Source: Octopus vulgaris
Lineage: Eukaryota
Assembly (NCBI GenBank): GCA_951406725.2
Contig: OX597815.1
Span: 190,340,001 to 190,404,000, forward strand
DNA length: 64,000 bases
Direction of reading: 5' to 3'
Part shown: positions 1 to 11,541 of the stretch, one piece after another
How the letters are laid out: each line of letters starts with the position of its first letter
How positions within the stretch are numbered: position 1 is the stretch's first letter
Position numbers and translations under genes: made by a program
The notes under the pieces: model-generated
The model's input: the letters and a program-made list of their open reading frames with translations, nothing else
Told to the model about the DNA's origin: nothing
Database searches by the model: none

Positions 1-197
1 ATATCTGAGGCATGTAATACATTAATGAACTAGCCTCGTTAAATAATTAACTAAAAAGAAAAGGAAAACAACTAAAAAGGCAAAGCAAAAAATGCAGAAA
101 GCAAGTTAATTAACGCTGCAAGAGAAAATTAATAATAAAAGTTAAACTTACCCTAATTCAACAGCATATTAAAAATAACTTTATTAAATACTTAATT

Positions 198-600
198 GAG
201 TGGCTGTGTGGTAAGTAGCTTGCTTACCAACCACATGGTTCCGGGTTCAGTCCCACTGCGTGGCACCTTGGGCAAGTGTCTTCTACTATAACCTCGGGCC
301 GACCAAAGCCTTGTGAGTGGATTTGGTAGACGGAAACTGAAAGAAGCCCATCGTATATACGTATATATATATATATATATGCGTGTGTGTGTTTGTGTGT
401 CTGTGTTTGTCCCCCTAGCATTGCTTGACAACCGATGCTGGTGTGTTTATGTCCTCGTTACTTAGTGGTTCGGCAAAAGAGACCGATAGAATAAGTACTA
501 GGCTTACAAAGAATAAGTGCCGGGGTCGAGTTGCTCGATTAAAGGCGGTGTTCCAGCATGGCCGCAGTCAAATGACTGAAACAAGTAAAAGAGTAAAGAG
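198..600 (+). mobile_element. tRNA-derived SINE, family A (full length)
   Basis: A-box-like GTGGCTGTGTGG, B-box-like GGTTCAGTCCC, CORE-like CCTTGGGCAAGTG, internal (TA)/(GT) tract and GTAAAAGAGTAAAGAG tail. More than 10 close copies in the window. Confidence 0.9.
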
Positions 601-786
601 TATACTCATACATAATTGACAACTGATGTAGTACATCAGTTAGCAAACTGATGAATATCAGACCCCACTATTATCTTGGGAGGACCATTATGCCAATAAT
701 AAACAGACACTGGTTCAATTTCACTTCTTTATTATTTGTCACTTGGTTTGTTATTCAACCTACTGACTAATCAGTTGCTTGCTTAA

Positions 787-1381
787 CCCCTTAGCTTTCA
801 GAATTAGCTTATTTATTCACTTAAATTTCAATTAGTCATCTTTGAGATTTTAATGATGTGGTTACTCTTTACTCTTTTACTCTTTTACTTGTTTTAGTCA
901 TTTCATGGTAGCCATGCTGGAGCACTGCCTTTAGTTGAGCAAATCAACCCTAGGACTTATTCTTTGTAAGCCTAGTACTTATTCTATCGGTCTCTTTGGC
1001 CGAACTGCTAAGTTACGGAGACGTAAAGTCACCAGCATCAGTTGTCAAATGATGTTGGGAGGACAAACACAGACATACAAACACACACACATATGCATAT
1101 ATACGACAGGCTTCTTTCAGTTTCCATCTACTAAATCCACTCACAAGGCTTTGATCTGCCTGAGGCTATAGTGGAGGACACTTGCCGAAGGTGCCATGTA
1201 GTGGGACTGAAACCGGAACAATGTGGTTGGTAAGCAAGCTACTTACCACACAGCCACTCCTGCGCCTTGCTTGTTTTTAGAATAATATTGTAGGTTAAGT
1301 GTAAGAGGGTGGATCTGGTCAATCTGAAGATTTTACAGGTAGATTATTTTGGCCGGATATAACTGGTTTCAATGCTAAAGG
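787..1381. mobile_element. piggyBac-type MITE interrupted by a SINE A
   Basis: TTAA|CCCCTTAGC ... GCTAAAGG|TTAA ends; SINE A nested at 862-1266. Confidence 0.6.
862..1266 (-). mobile_element. SINE family A
   Basis: Reverse complement of 198-600. Confidence 0.9.
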
Positions 1382-2015
1382 TTAATCATTCAGTTAATCA
1401 ATAAATCAATTGTTTGTCAACTGAGGGATTAAACATGCAACCAGTTAGTCAGCTGGCTAGATAATAAACCAGTTGACTAATAATAAAGAAGTGAAATTGA
1501 ACCTGTGTGTGTTTATTACTGGCACAATGACCCTCCTAAGATACCGCAAAATTTGTTTCAACACTCATGTTCACATCAAGAATCTTGCAAACCAAATACA
1601 AGAAGAAAATAGTGCTTCCTTCCTTACAGTTCTTCTTTCTATTGGCTCCTGCTTTCTTTCAACGAAATAACACAATTCACATTGCACGTGTTCTACATGA
1701 CAAACATACAAAAACACTACAGCTACACGAAGAACAACAACAAATGGAAACCCTACAATAAAACAAAACAGATGCAGCATGCAAAACATATCTCTCCACC
1801 CAACAAAGAAAAATTGCTCTGTAAGCACCTCAATGAGGAGAAGGAGGAGGAAGAAAAGAAAGGGAGGAGGAGGAGGAATTCGTTATTAGCCTGAAGGCTT
1901 TTGAGACATGAAGAATTCTAAGAAAAGAAATTTAACAAAAATATTTGACAAATACACATTCATAATTCAACAACAAATTTTTTGTTTTTCCTTTTATTTA
2001 TTTATTTATTTATTC

Positions 2016-2019
<4 letters not shown>

Positions 2020-2081
<62 letters not shown>

Positions 2082-2090
2082 ATATGTATG

Positions 2091-2161
<71 letters not shown>

Positions 2162-2188
2162 ATATGTATGTATATATATATATATATA
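2020..2188. repeat. (TA)n/(TATG)n microsatellite
   Basis: Direct reading. Confidence 0.95.
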
Positions 2189-2917
2189 TTAGAAAAATTG
2201 AGGTAATCAGATCAGATGGTTCATATTTGTAGATATTTATTTATATATTACATTTTTTACATATATATCATATCATTCGGATTAGCGCTTGCTCCCATTC
2301 TAGTGGGTTTTCAAATCAAATCAGTTGTGGGTACAGGAGGAATATGGAAAAACATTTCATAGCTAAGTTCTCCCCCCAAATTAAATGGCTGAAACTTTAC
2401 TCAACATACATTGAAGGAAAAATCTGTGTGTGTGTAGATGTGTGTATTGCCTGTTATATACATCATATTATATTATTATCTTTATAATTCACTTCCATCT
2501 TTACCCTTTAATTGTCACTTTAATTTTAACTTTCCTATGACATACAACTTTCAAGATGGTATAATTTGGTTGTTCATTTTGAACTGATAAAAAGGTTTTT
2601 TTCAAATATTTTATGTATAAGTCTGTGTGTGTGTATATATATGTGTTGGTATAAATATCAACACACAAAAATATTTTTTCTTCTCCACTTCCTCCCTTAT
2701 TTTCATTTTTATTTTTATTTTTATTTTTTTATTTTTTATTCTTTATATTTTTATTTATTCTTTATATTTTTTTATTTTATTTTTTATTTTTTGTTTTTAT
2801 TTTATTTTATTTTTTTAATTTTTTTAATTTTTTATTTTTATTTTTATTATTATTATTTTTATTTTCCCTTTTCTCTTTTTGTCTCTCTCCCCTTCTCCAA
2901 ACACACAGACACACACA

Positions 2918-2957
<40 letters not shown>

Positions 2958-3175
2958 CACACACAGACACACAGAGACACACACACACACACACCTCCAC
3001 AGAATGATCATAGAAAGTGTGACCCCAAATGACATTTGCCAGGCCAACCTATGCACAACACACACTCAGTGACATTGAAATGGACAGCCAAAGTTCTTAT
3101 AAAACCACAGGGGGTCCAGCAGACCAACGGAAATAACACTTCTTCACTCTCAGATATAAATGCGCACACACACAC

Positions 3176-3229
<54 letters not shown>

Positions 3230-3439
3230 ACATATTTTCTCTCTGTCTCACTTCCTCCTCACCCACTACTACGAAACTATAAAAAGGTTCAAACTACCCA
3301 CAACTGATTTGATTTGAAAACCCACTAGAATGGGAGCAAGCGCTAATCCGAATGATATGATATATATGTAAAAAATGTAATATATAAATAAATATCTACA
3401 AATATGAACCATCTGATCTGATTACCTCAATTTTTCTAA
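2189..3439 (+). mobile_element. 5'-truncated Penelope-like element with inverted terminal copy
   Basis: 145-bp apparently perfect inverted arms at 2189-2333 and 3295-3439, (TA)n on both sides, GIY-YIG C-terminal relic directly after the left arm. Confidence 0.75.
2335..2392 (+). pseudogene. Penelope GIY-YIG endonuclease C-terminal relic
   Basis: RRNMEKHFIAKFSPKLNG* after removing one C from a C-run; fits the PLE C-terminal R..E..FI.K..P.LN pattern. Confidence 0.6.
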
Positions 3440-3472
3440 TATATAATACCTGTACATCATCTCCAAACCTTC

Positions 3473-3474
<2 letters not shown>

Positions 3475-3522
<48 letters not shown>

Positions 3523-3551
3523 ATATGTATATATGTATATATATGTATATG

Positions 3552-3596
<45 letters not shown>

Positions 3597-3597
3597 A

Positions 3598-3680
<83 letters not shown>

Positions 3681-3687
3681 ATATATA
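3475..3687. repeat. (TA)n/(TATG)n/(GT)n microsatellite
   Basis: Direct reading. Confidence 0.95.
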
Positions 3688-4309
3688 TTTGTTTTTTGAA
3701 TAATCATTGTCTTTCAATCAATAATGCTATCTTGATAGGTTTTACAGAGAAAACTCCTTCATGTGTAGTAGTCCAGATCAATAAGCAACTACAGCTTACA
3801 ATAATTCATATCATCATCATCTTCATCACCACCATCACAACTACCATCATCATCATCATCATCGTCGTCATCGCCAGTGCCATCATTTTACTACCGTTTG
3901 CTTTGATGTCATTTTTTTCTTTTTTTTCCTTCTCCATTGATACGGGTCTGATGTCTTTCTGGCATCATGTCACCACTGCACTCAATTCTATGAGGTCAAT
4001 AGGGTGAGATTCCATGACACCAATTTTTTTGTTCTTTTTCTTCGTTGCTGTTGATTTGCTCCAAGTACTTTCCTTGTTACAGAGACATGATGAACAGGGC
4101 TTCTGTCACACAAACACACATGCACAAGCACACACACACACAAACACACATGCGCAAGCACACAAACACAAACACACACACACACAAACACACAAACACA
4201 CACACACACATGCACGCAACCACACACACAAACACAGAACAGGATTCTTTGAGTTTCCATCTACCAAATCTACTCACAAGGTTTTGGTCAGTCTCTGGCT
4301 ACGGCAGGA

Positions 4310-4885
4310 GGCTGCACCAGGCTCCAATATGATCTGGCAAGGTTTCTACAGCTAGATGCCCTTCCTAATGCCAACCACTCCAAGAGTGTAGTGGATGCTT
4401 TTTATGTGTCACCAGCATGAGATCCAGTCAGGTGGCACTGGCAACAACCACACTCAAATGGTGCTTTTTACATGCCACCAGCATGGGAGCCAGTCACGTG
4501 ACACCGGCAATGACCACGCTTGAGTGGTGTTTTTAAATTCCACTGACACAGGAGCCAGTCAGGTGACACTGACAACAACGACGCTCAAATGATGCTTTTT
4601 ATGTGCCACCGGCATGGCATGAGTCAGGCAGCATTGCAGCGACCGTGCTTGAATGCTGCTTTTTTACATGCCACCGGCACAGATCCAGTCATATGGCACT
4701 GGCATCAACCACATTCATATGTGCACTTCATGTGCCACTAGCAAGCACTGGCGATGGCCATGCTCAAATGTTGCTTTTTACATGCCACTGGCACTAGTAC
4801 TAGTATCGACCACATTCATTTGGTGCATTTTACATGCCACCGGCCCAAGAGCCAGTCAGGCGGCACTGGCAACAACCAGGCTCGT
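4310..4885 (-). mobile_element. Family C (RTE-like LINE 3' end) with expanded ~58-bp internal tandem units
   Basis: Reverse complement of GGTTGGCGTTAGGAAGGGCATCCAGCTGTAGAAA, plus about 9 degenerate GGTGCTTTTTACGTGCCACCGGCAC units. Confidence 0.8.
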
Positions 4886-4994
4886 ATGATGGAAGTTTGC
4901 TGTGTCTCTTAATTTGGTTGCAGATTAGCTCTAATAAAAACAGTTTGGGAAAAATCATTATAACAAACTGTTTGATAAACAAAGAAGAATACTA

Positions 4995-5408
4995 GGTGGC
5001 GAGCTGGCAGAAACGTTAGCACACCGGACGAAATGCTTTGCGGTATTTCGTCCGTCGCTGCGTTCTGAGTTCAAATTCCACCGAGGTCAACTTTGCCTTT
5101 CACCCTTTCAGGGTCAATAAACTAAGTACCAGTTACACACTGGGGTCGATGTAATCAACTTAATTTGTTTGTCTGTCCTTGTTTGTCCCCTCTGTGTTTA
5201 GCCCCTTGTGGGTAGTAAAGAAATAGATATTTTGTCTGCCGTTACGTTCTGAGTTCAAATTCCGCCGAGGTCAACTTTGCCTTTCATCCTTTCAGGGTCG
5301 ATAAATTAAGTACCAGTAGCGCACTGGCATCAATGTAATTGACTTAATCCCTTTGTCTGTCCTTGCTTGTCCCCTCTGTGTTTAGCCCCCTGTGGGCAAT
5401 AAAGAAAT
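4995..5408 (+). mobile_element. tRNA-derived SINE family B, head plus tandem headless body
   Basis: GGCGAGCTGGCAGAAACGTTAGC head, GAGTTCAAATTCC B box, GCCTTTCATCCTTTCGGGGTCGATAAATTAAGTACC core; body repeats from about 5227. Confidence 0.9.
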
Positions 5409-5620
5409 TAAAAAAACTAAGAAGAATATAATTATCTCACAAACTTGTAAACAGTTCAAATATTCTAGAGGTATATTTGAACCTGTAAGAAAGTTATTCA
5501 CTGTATTTCGTCAAGGAGAAGATTTCTTGCAAACAAAATACATTGAATAGCTTTCTTACAGGTCTGGATATACCTCAAACATATTTGAACTGGTTACAAT
5601 TTTGTATTTATACATATCTT

Positions 5621-5950
5621 TGATCGTTGCCAGAGCGGCTATCTGGCCTCCGTGCCGGTGGCACGTAAAAGACCATTCGAGTGTGATCGTTACCAGCATC
5701 GCCTTACTGGCACCTGTGCCGGTGGCATGTGTAAAAGATTCGAGCCAGGTCGTTGCCAGTACCGCCTAACTGGCCCTGTGCCAGTCACATGTAAAAGCAC
5801 CCACTACACTCTCAGAGTGGATGGTGTTAAGAAGGGCATCCAGCTGTAGAAACTGCAAGATCAAGATTGAAGCCTGGTGCAGCCATCTGGCTCGCCAGAC
5901 CTCAGTCAAATCGTCCGACCCATGCTAGCATGGAAAGCAGACGTTAAACA

Positions 5951-6003
<53 letters not shown>
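5621..6003 (+). mobile_element. Family C (RTE-like 3' end) with (GAT)n tail
   Basis: GTGCCGGTGGCAC units, AAGGGCATCCAGCTGTAGAAA and a (GAT)n tail. Confidence 0.85.
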
Positions 6004-6004
<1 letters not shown>

Positions 6005-6317
6005 AGCACTGTCACCCTGTGTAATTATCTTAGTTTAGCTTACTGGAATATAGTTTCGAAAGAGTTGGAAATACATTTATTCATTATTTAATGGTGTTCA
6101 CTAAATTGAAGATATTAAAAGATAATCTAAGTCAATAAAAAACAAAAATGCTACAAGAATTCATTATATTTGATGGTTTTAAAAATACATAAAGTAGAAT
6201 AATGTTTAAAAAATGCAGACTTGAGTTTGGTAAATGATTGCAAATTGAAGGAATATAAATAAATTGCTGGAGAGGTTGTATGGAAAGAGACATCACTAGG
6301 ACAGGGTGAATGTATCT

Positions 6318-6560
6318 TCTATCCTTTATTTGTTTCAGTCATTATATTGTGGCCATGCTGGGGCACCTCCTTGAAGAATTTTAGTCGAATGAATCAACAC
6401 TAGTACTAATTTAATTTTTTTTTATCAAGCTTGGTACTTATTCGATAATTTTTTTTTCTTTGCCAAACCACTAAGTTACAGGGACATAAACACACCAACA
6501 CCGGTTGTCAAGCAGTGGTTGAGAACAAACACAAACACAATGACACATCCACATATATGT
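6318..6560 (-). mobile_element. Old SINE A 3' half
   Basis: TGTTTCAGTCATT..GGCCATGCTGG..CTAAGTTACAGGGAC, diverged. Confidence 0.7.
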
Positions 6561-6810
6561 TTATAGTCACATGTACAATATGTACCATAAGCTCTCAACC
6601 TGTGTGCCGCGGCACCCTAAGGTGCCACAAGATCATCTGAGAGCAGCTGTGAAATATACATACGTATGCGGTATCATGATTAATCATTTAGAGTCAAAAA
6701 TATATTCGATACTATTTTGACATTAAATATTTATTGTCATCTCATATTTTGTATCATCGTCTATCATATTTTTGTATTGTTGTCTATTTTATGTTTATTA
6801 TATAAACATT

Positions 6811-7221
6811 GGAGTGGCTGTGTGGTAAGTAGCTTGTTTACAAACCACATGGTTCCGGGTTCAGTCCCACTGCATGGCACCTTGGGCAAGTGTCTTCTAC
6901 TATAGTCTCAGGCCGACCAAAGTCTTGTGAGTGGATTTGGTAGACGGAAACTGAAAGAATCCCATCGTATATATGTATATGTATATATATGTATGTGTGT
7001 GTATTTGTTTGTGTGTCTGTGTTTGTCCCCCCAACATCGCTTGACAACCAATGCTAGTGTGTTTACGTCCCCTGTAACTTAGCGGTTTGGCAAAAGAAAC
7101 CGATAGAATAATTACTAGGCTTACATAGAATAAGTCCTGGGGTCGATTTGTTCGACTAAAGGCAGTGCTCCAGCATGGCCACAGTCGAATGACTCAAACA
7201 AGTAAAGAAGAAAAAGAAAAG
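6811..7221 (+). mobile_element. SINE family A
   Basis: Matches 198-600. Confidence 0.9.
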
Positions 7222-7250
7222 ATATACATATATATATATATATATATATA

Positions 7251-7478
7251 CTTTATTTAAAGCAGCAGAAAATTCAACAAAACCTGTTACTCTAAGTTTC
7301 CCGTTGCCGTTCATCGGTTCTATTCTAGCAAAAACTGTCCGATGAACGGCAACGGGAAACTCAGAGTAACAGGTTTTGTTGAATTTTCTGCTGCTTTAGA
7401 TAAAGCATATTACTCTACCACTGGTATTTGAGTACTTTTTTTCCACCTTGTTTCACATTTATGTGTTTACTCTGGTAT
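7251..7478 (+). mobile_element. Penelope-like end with 67-bp inverted arm
   Basis: Arms at 7251-7317 and 7339-7405, embedded in (TA)n; the tail recurs at 15958-16000. Confidence 0.7.
7331..7377 (+). ncRNA. Minimal type-I hammerhead ribozyme motif
   Basis: CTGT-CCGATGA-ACG GCAA CGG-GAAA-CTCAGAG-TA-ACAG (stem I, core with U4C, stem II, near-palindromic stem III, GUA site). Confidence 0.7.
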
Positions 7479-7480
7479 AT

Positions 7481-7517
<37 letters not shown>

Positions 7518-7520
<3 letters not shown>

Positions 7521-7836
7521 TCATCATCATCATCGTTTAACGTCCGTTTTCCGCACTAGCATGGGTTGGATGGTTCGACCGGGGTCTGGGAAGCCAGGGC
7601 TGCACTAGGCTCCAGTCTGATCTGGCAGTGTTTCTACAGCTGGATGCCCTTCCTAACGCCAACCACTCCGCGAGTGTAGTGGGTGCTTTTTACGTGCCAC
7701 CTGCACAGGTGCCAGGGGGGTCTGGCATCGGCCACGATCGGTTGGTGCTTTTAACGTGCCACCGGCACGGAGGCCAGCCAAGGCGGTGCTGGCATCGGCC
7801 ACGTTCGGATGGTGCTTTTTATGTGCCACCGGCACA
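7518..7836 (-). mobile_element. Family C
   Basis: (TCA)n followed by the reverse complement of the C body. Confidence 0.85.
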
Positions 7837-8660
7837 AAGCCAATATATATACGCATACAGCATTTTTCTACACACTTTCCACCCACCAAATTCTGCTAAA
7901 AGATATTATTCAACCCTAGGCCATTGTAGAAAACATTTGACCAACATTTTATGATCTCATTTGTAACATAATTGAAAGGAAATTGTTTTTGCTATGAAAT
8001 CAAAACTAGGTCACATAATTAGCTCGTTAAGATATGTCACAGCTATTCTACAATGATTACCTAAAATTATATTAACTACAGCAGAAACATAATGGGGGTT
8101 TATATACACTTCTGTACGAACTGCAATAATTTACAAAAGAAGTAGTGTTTGTATAATAAGCAACACATTCACTGTTTTGGATCGTTATATTGAAACAAAA
8201 TTAGCTATAACTTTGGTAATAAAATAATCACCATTCTAATGACCAGAAAAAGAATAAGACTGATGTGATTGATGATTAGAGAATTGTAATAAAATTGTCA
8301 ATATTTAATTAAAAACCGATTTCTATGTCTTTGAGGATTAGTATTCAAACTAAAGGCTGTAATTTGAAATATATTCTAAAAGCATCTTTGTCAAATTAGT
8401 GTTTTCTATTTTCAAAAGCTTTCCAACTAATCTTTGAGATATATAGGTCACAGAATCAGTGTTGGTACTTTAAAGTTGCAGTTTCCCTTAAGTTTGTTTC
8501 GCTTCTTTCTTACTTGTTTCTTGATTTAGATGACTCCTTTTTCTTCTTTTTCTTCTTCTTTTTTTTTTTTTTTTCAAACAAAGGCCAAGTGGCATTCTAA
8601 TTGTGGATGCAAGGATTTGAAGACCTGAATAACTGAAACATTTGTTTTTTTTTGTTTTTT

Positions 8661-9065
8661 TTACTTACTCTTTTCTCTTTACTCTTTTACTTGTTTCAGT
8701 CATTTGACTGTGGCCATGCAGGAGCACTACCTTTAGTCAAGCACGTCGACCCCAGGACTTATTCTTTGTAAGCCTAGTACTTTTAACGAACTGCTAAGTT
8801 ACGGGGACATAAATACACCAGCATCGGTTGTCAAGCAATGTTGGTGGGGACAAACACAGACACACAAACATGTCCACACACACATACATATATATATATA
8901 TATGTCGGGCTTCTTTCAGTTTCTGTCTACCAAATCCACTCACAAGGCATTGGTTGGCCCGAGACTATAGTAGAAGTCACTTGCCCAAGGTGCCACGCAG
9001 TGGGACTGAACCCGGAACCATGTGGTTTGTAAGCAAACTACTTACCACACAGCCGCTCCTTCGCC
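8661..9065 (-). mobile_element. SINE family A
   Basis: Reverse-complement match. Confidence 0.9.
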
Positions 9066-9359
9066 CATCATGGCAAATTTGGCTATTTTCTTTTATTAAC
9101 ATTATCTACTACACTTAAATAGACTATTCCTGATAAGCATAATTTTATCAATATTTAAACCACTTCAGCTAAACAGAGAGATGCCTGCATCACTGTAGCT
9201 TCAGTCACCTGTAAGCAGCAAGGAGAAAAAGACTCACTTTACAACGGCAATGTTGCTTAGGTTAAAACATCTTTTTCATATTTCAGTCATTTCTTCGTGG
9301 CTTTTTTTTCAATGTATGCAAGCAACGTATATTGTTTTATTGTACCTTATGTTATATTC

Positions 9360-9767
9360 TCTTTACTCTTTTACTCGTTTCAGTCATTTGACTGTGGCCA
9401 TGCCGGAGCACCACCTTTAGTCGAGCAAATCGACCCCGGGACTTATTCTTTGTAAGCCCAGTACTTATTCTATCGGTCTCTTTTTGCCGAACCGCTAAGT
9501 GACGGGGACGTAAACACACTAGCATCGGTTGTCAAGCGATGGTGGGGGGACAAAGACAGACACACAAACATATACGCACACATACATACATATATACATA
9601 TATACGACAGGCTTCTTTCAGTTTCCGTCTACCAAATCCACTCACAAGGCATTGGTCGGCCCAAGGCTATAGCAGAAGACACTTGCCCAAGATGCCACGC
9701 AGTGGGACTGAACCTGGAACCATGTGGTTGGTAAGCAAGCTACTTACCACACTGCCACTCCTGCGCC
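9360..9767 (-). mobile_element. SINE family A
   Basis: Reverse-complement match. Confidence 0.9.
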
Positions 9768-9802
9768 TTTTGCAATGCTTCTTTAATGATTTTATGTATA
9801 GA

Positions 9803-10191
9803 CTAGCAGTATCACCCAGCGTTGCTCAGGTTTGTTTTGACCCTTTAGAATTGGAATTTTTGAAAAGTAAAAATTTTGCATTATGTAGCTTGTTATTCTC
9901 TTTAAGTGAACATTTTTCTGGTTGAAATACACCGAAAAATGGCGACACAGCAGTCAAAAAATCGTAGAAAATAGGGATTTTCATAGAAAAAAAAAGCACC
10001 TTTTTGATGTAAATAATTTTTGGTGTTAACATGGTCCGATTTGAATTTTGTCTTCTAGGAAGAGCAAGCCTTCTTCTATCATACTTTCAATTTTGGTCAA
10101 CTTGCGCCGCAGGGTCTCGGAGGAGATAGTGTTAGTTGAAGCCTACCAAACCTGCCATACACAGACAACTTCAGCTTTATATCGAGAGAGA
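9803..10191 (-). mobile_element. Non-autonomous Helitron (family H1)
   Basis: Minus strand: A|TC 5' end, subterminal hairpin CCTGAGCAACGCTGGG, CTAG|T 3' end, no TSD. Second copy at 38866-39288. Confidence 0.85.
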
Positions 10192-10300
10192 TTTAAATGA
10201 TAAATCAAATATATGCTGTTAAAAAAAATGTCCTCTTCCCTTTAACTTATAGATCTTCACATCATTTGACACAATGATTTCTTCTTGGAGATATACAGCA

Positions 10301-10990
10301 AGCCTGGATAACTTTGTAACATTTGTGGTGTGTTTATGGCTAAGAGACATCAGAGAAATGTTACTGAATTTGTCAGAAAAATCTTACTATGCCTTTTTTG
10401 GTGTGAAATTATGAGACTAAGATAAGGATAAGAAATAGGGCTCTTCATAAAGGCCTGTTCAGTTTGTGCTGAAGAACTAAGACAAAGGACTAAATGTACA
10501 AAGAAGCCTTTTTATTTTGGGGTTCCAATGATATGGAGAAAGATTAAAAATCACAGATATGACTCCTACTTTTGCTCATGTAAGAAGCAGGAACACGATT
10601 TGAAGTGTGAGAAAAACATTGTTTATCCAAATAGCTCAAGTTCATTGCAACTCTTTTAGTTCATTGTGCATAATTCTATGGATGTCATAACTGCAAAAAA
10701 GAATTTGTTCCTTATTTTGCTCAAGAAAATGTATTTGGTTTAATAGGACTAGTAGGTAGGTTTGGCATAAATTATAGCCCTGTTGGATGCAGACACTTCA
10801 CAGTCTCTTCAAAAAGAAGTCTTAAAGCTGTTCTAATGATAATGATAATAATTGATAATAATGATAATAATTACAATTCCAATCTTGTTCATGATCATGA
10901 AGGAAACAGGAAAATCTGATGTTACTCTTACACAGGATTAAATTAAAAAATCACAACTGGGTGATTTGCTGTGATTTGAAAATAGTGAAT
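10301..10990 (+). pseudogene. Fossil Chapaev3-like (CMC superfamily) transposase
   Basis: Frameshifted blocks CNICG..HQRNVTEFVRKSYYAFFGVKL*D*DK, FGVPMIWRKIKNHRYDSYFC, SSKRSLKAVL and HNWVICCDLKIV. Family assigned from recalled motifs. Confidence 0.75.
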
Positions 10991-11092
10991 TGGGGTGAAG
11001 CCCCAGCATGGCCACAGTCCAATGATTGAAACAAATAAACAACAAAAGATATATATATTTTATATAAATTTACTTAAACATTGAATGTTTAA

Positions 11093-11300
11093 CCTTTTCA
11101 TTACCAAACTGACTGAAACCAGCTCTGGCTCTGTGGTACAAAAGTTTTGAATCAGAATCTTCCACAAAACCTTGGTCACAATTTATGTTCCTAACACTAA
11201 CTGAGTGATGACTAAATTTTTTTTGTTAAATTCTTTGTTATATTTAAAATTAAATGAAAGAAACACAGAGCATCTCAACAGAAATATGGTAAGAAAAGGG
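11093..11300. mobile_element. piggyBac-type MITE, copy 1
   Basis: TTAA|CCTTTTC ... GAAAAGGG|TTAA. Confidence 0.75.
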
Positions 11301-11320
11301 TTAACAAATGATTAATTTAA

Positions 11321-11541
11321 CCCTTTTGATACCAACTTGGCTGAAACCGGCTCTGGCTCTGATTACAAATGTCTTGTTTTCATAAGTTCTGAATTAAAAT
11401 CTTCTACCAAACCTTAGTCACAATTTATGTTCCTATCACTAGCTTAATGATAACCAAGTTATTTTACTAAATTCTTTGTTATATTTAAAATTGATTGAAA
11501 AAAACAGAGAGCATCTCAAAATAAATACAGTACCGAGAGGG
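11321..11541. mobile_element. piggyBac-type MITE, copy 2
   Basis: TTAA|CCCTTTTG ... GAGAGGG|TTAA; homologous to copy 1 throughout. Confidence 0.75.

Noticed and set aside
192-619. Recurrent ORFs such as ASFSFRLPNPLTRLWSARGYSRRHLPKVPRSGTEPGTMW
   Set aside because: Antisense translation of SINE A. The MRNWYLIYRPRKDERQSRPRR ORFs are likewise SINE B.
1628-1700. ELCYFVERKQEP as a protocadherin EC1 start
   Set aside because: Similarity does not continue and no cadherin calcium-binding motifs follow.
3964-4102. Possible terminal exon KPCSSCLCNKE...IELSAVVT* (minus strand)
   Set aside because: Acceptor lies in a GT repeat, two frames are comparably open and no homology is recognisable.
4390-4885. 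CRISPR-like repeat/spacer appearance
   Set aside because: Whole units are homologous with no unique spacers, they lie inside a retroposon, there are no cas genes, and the context is eukaryotic.
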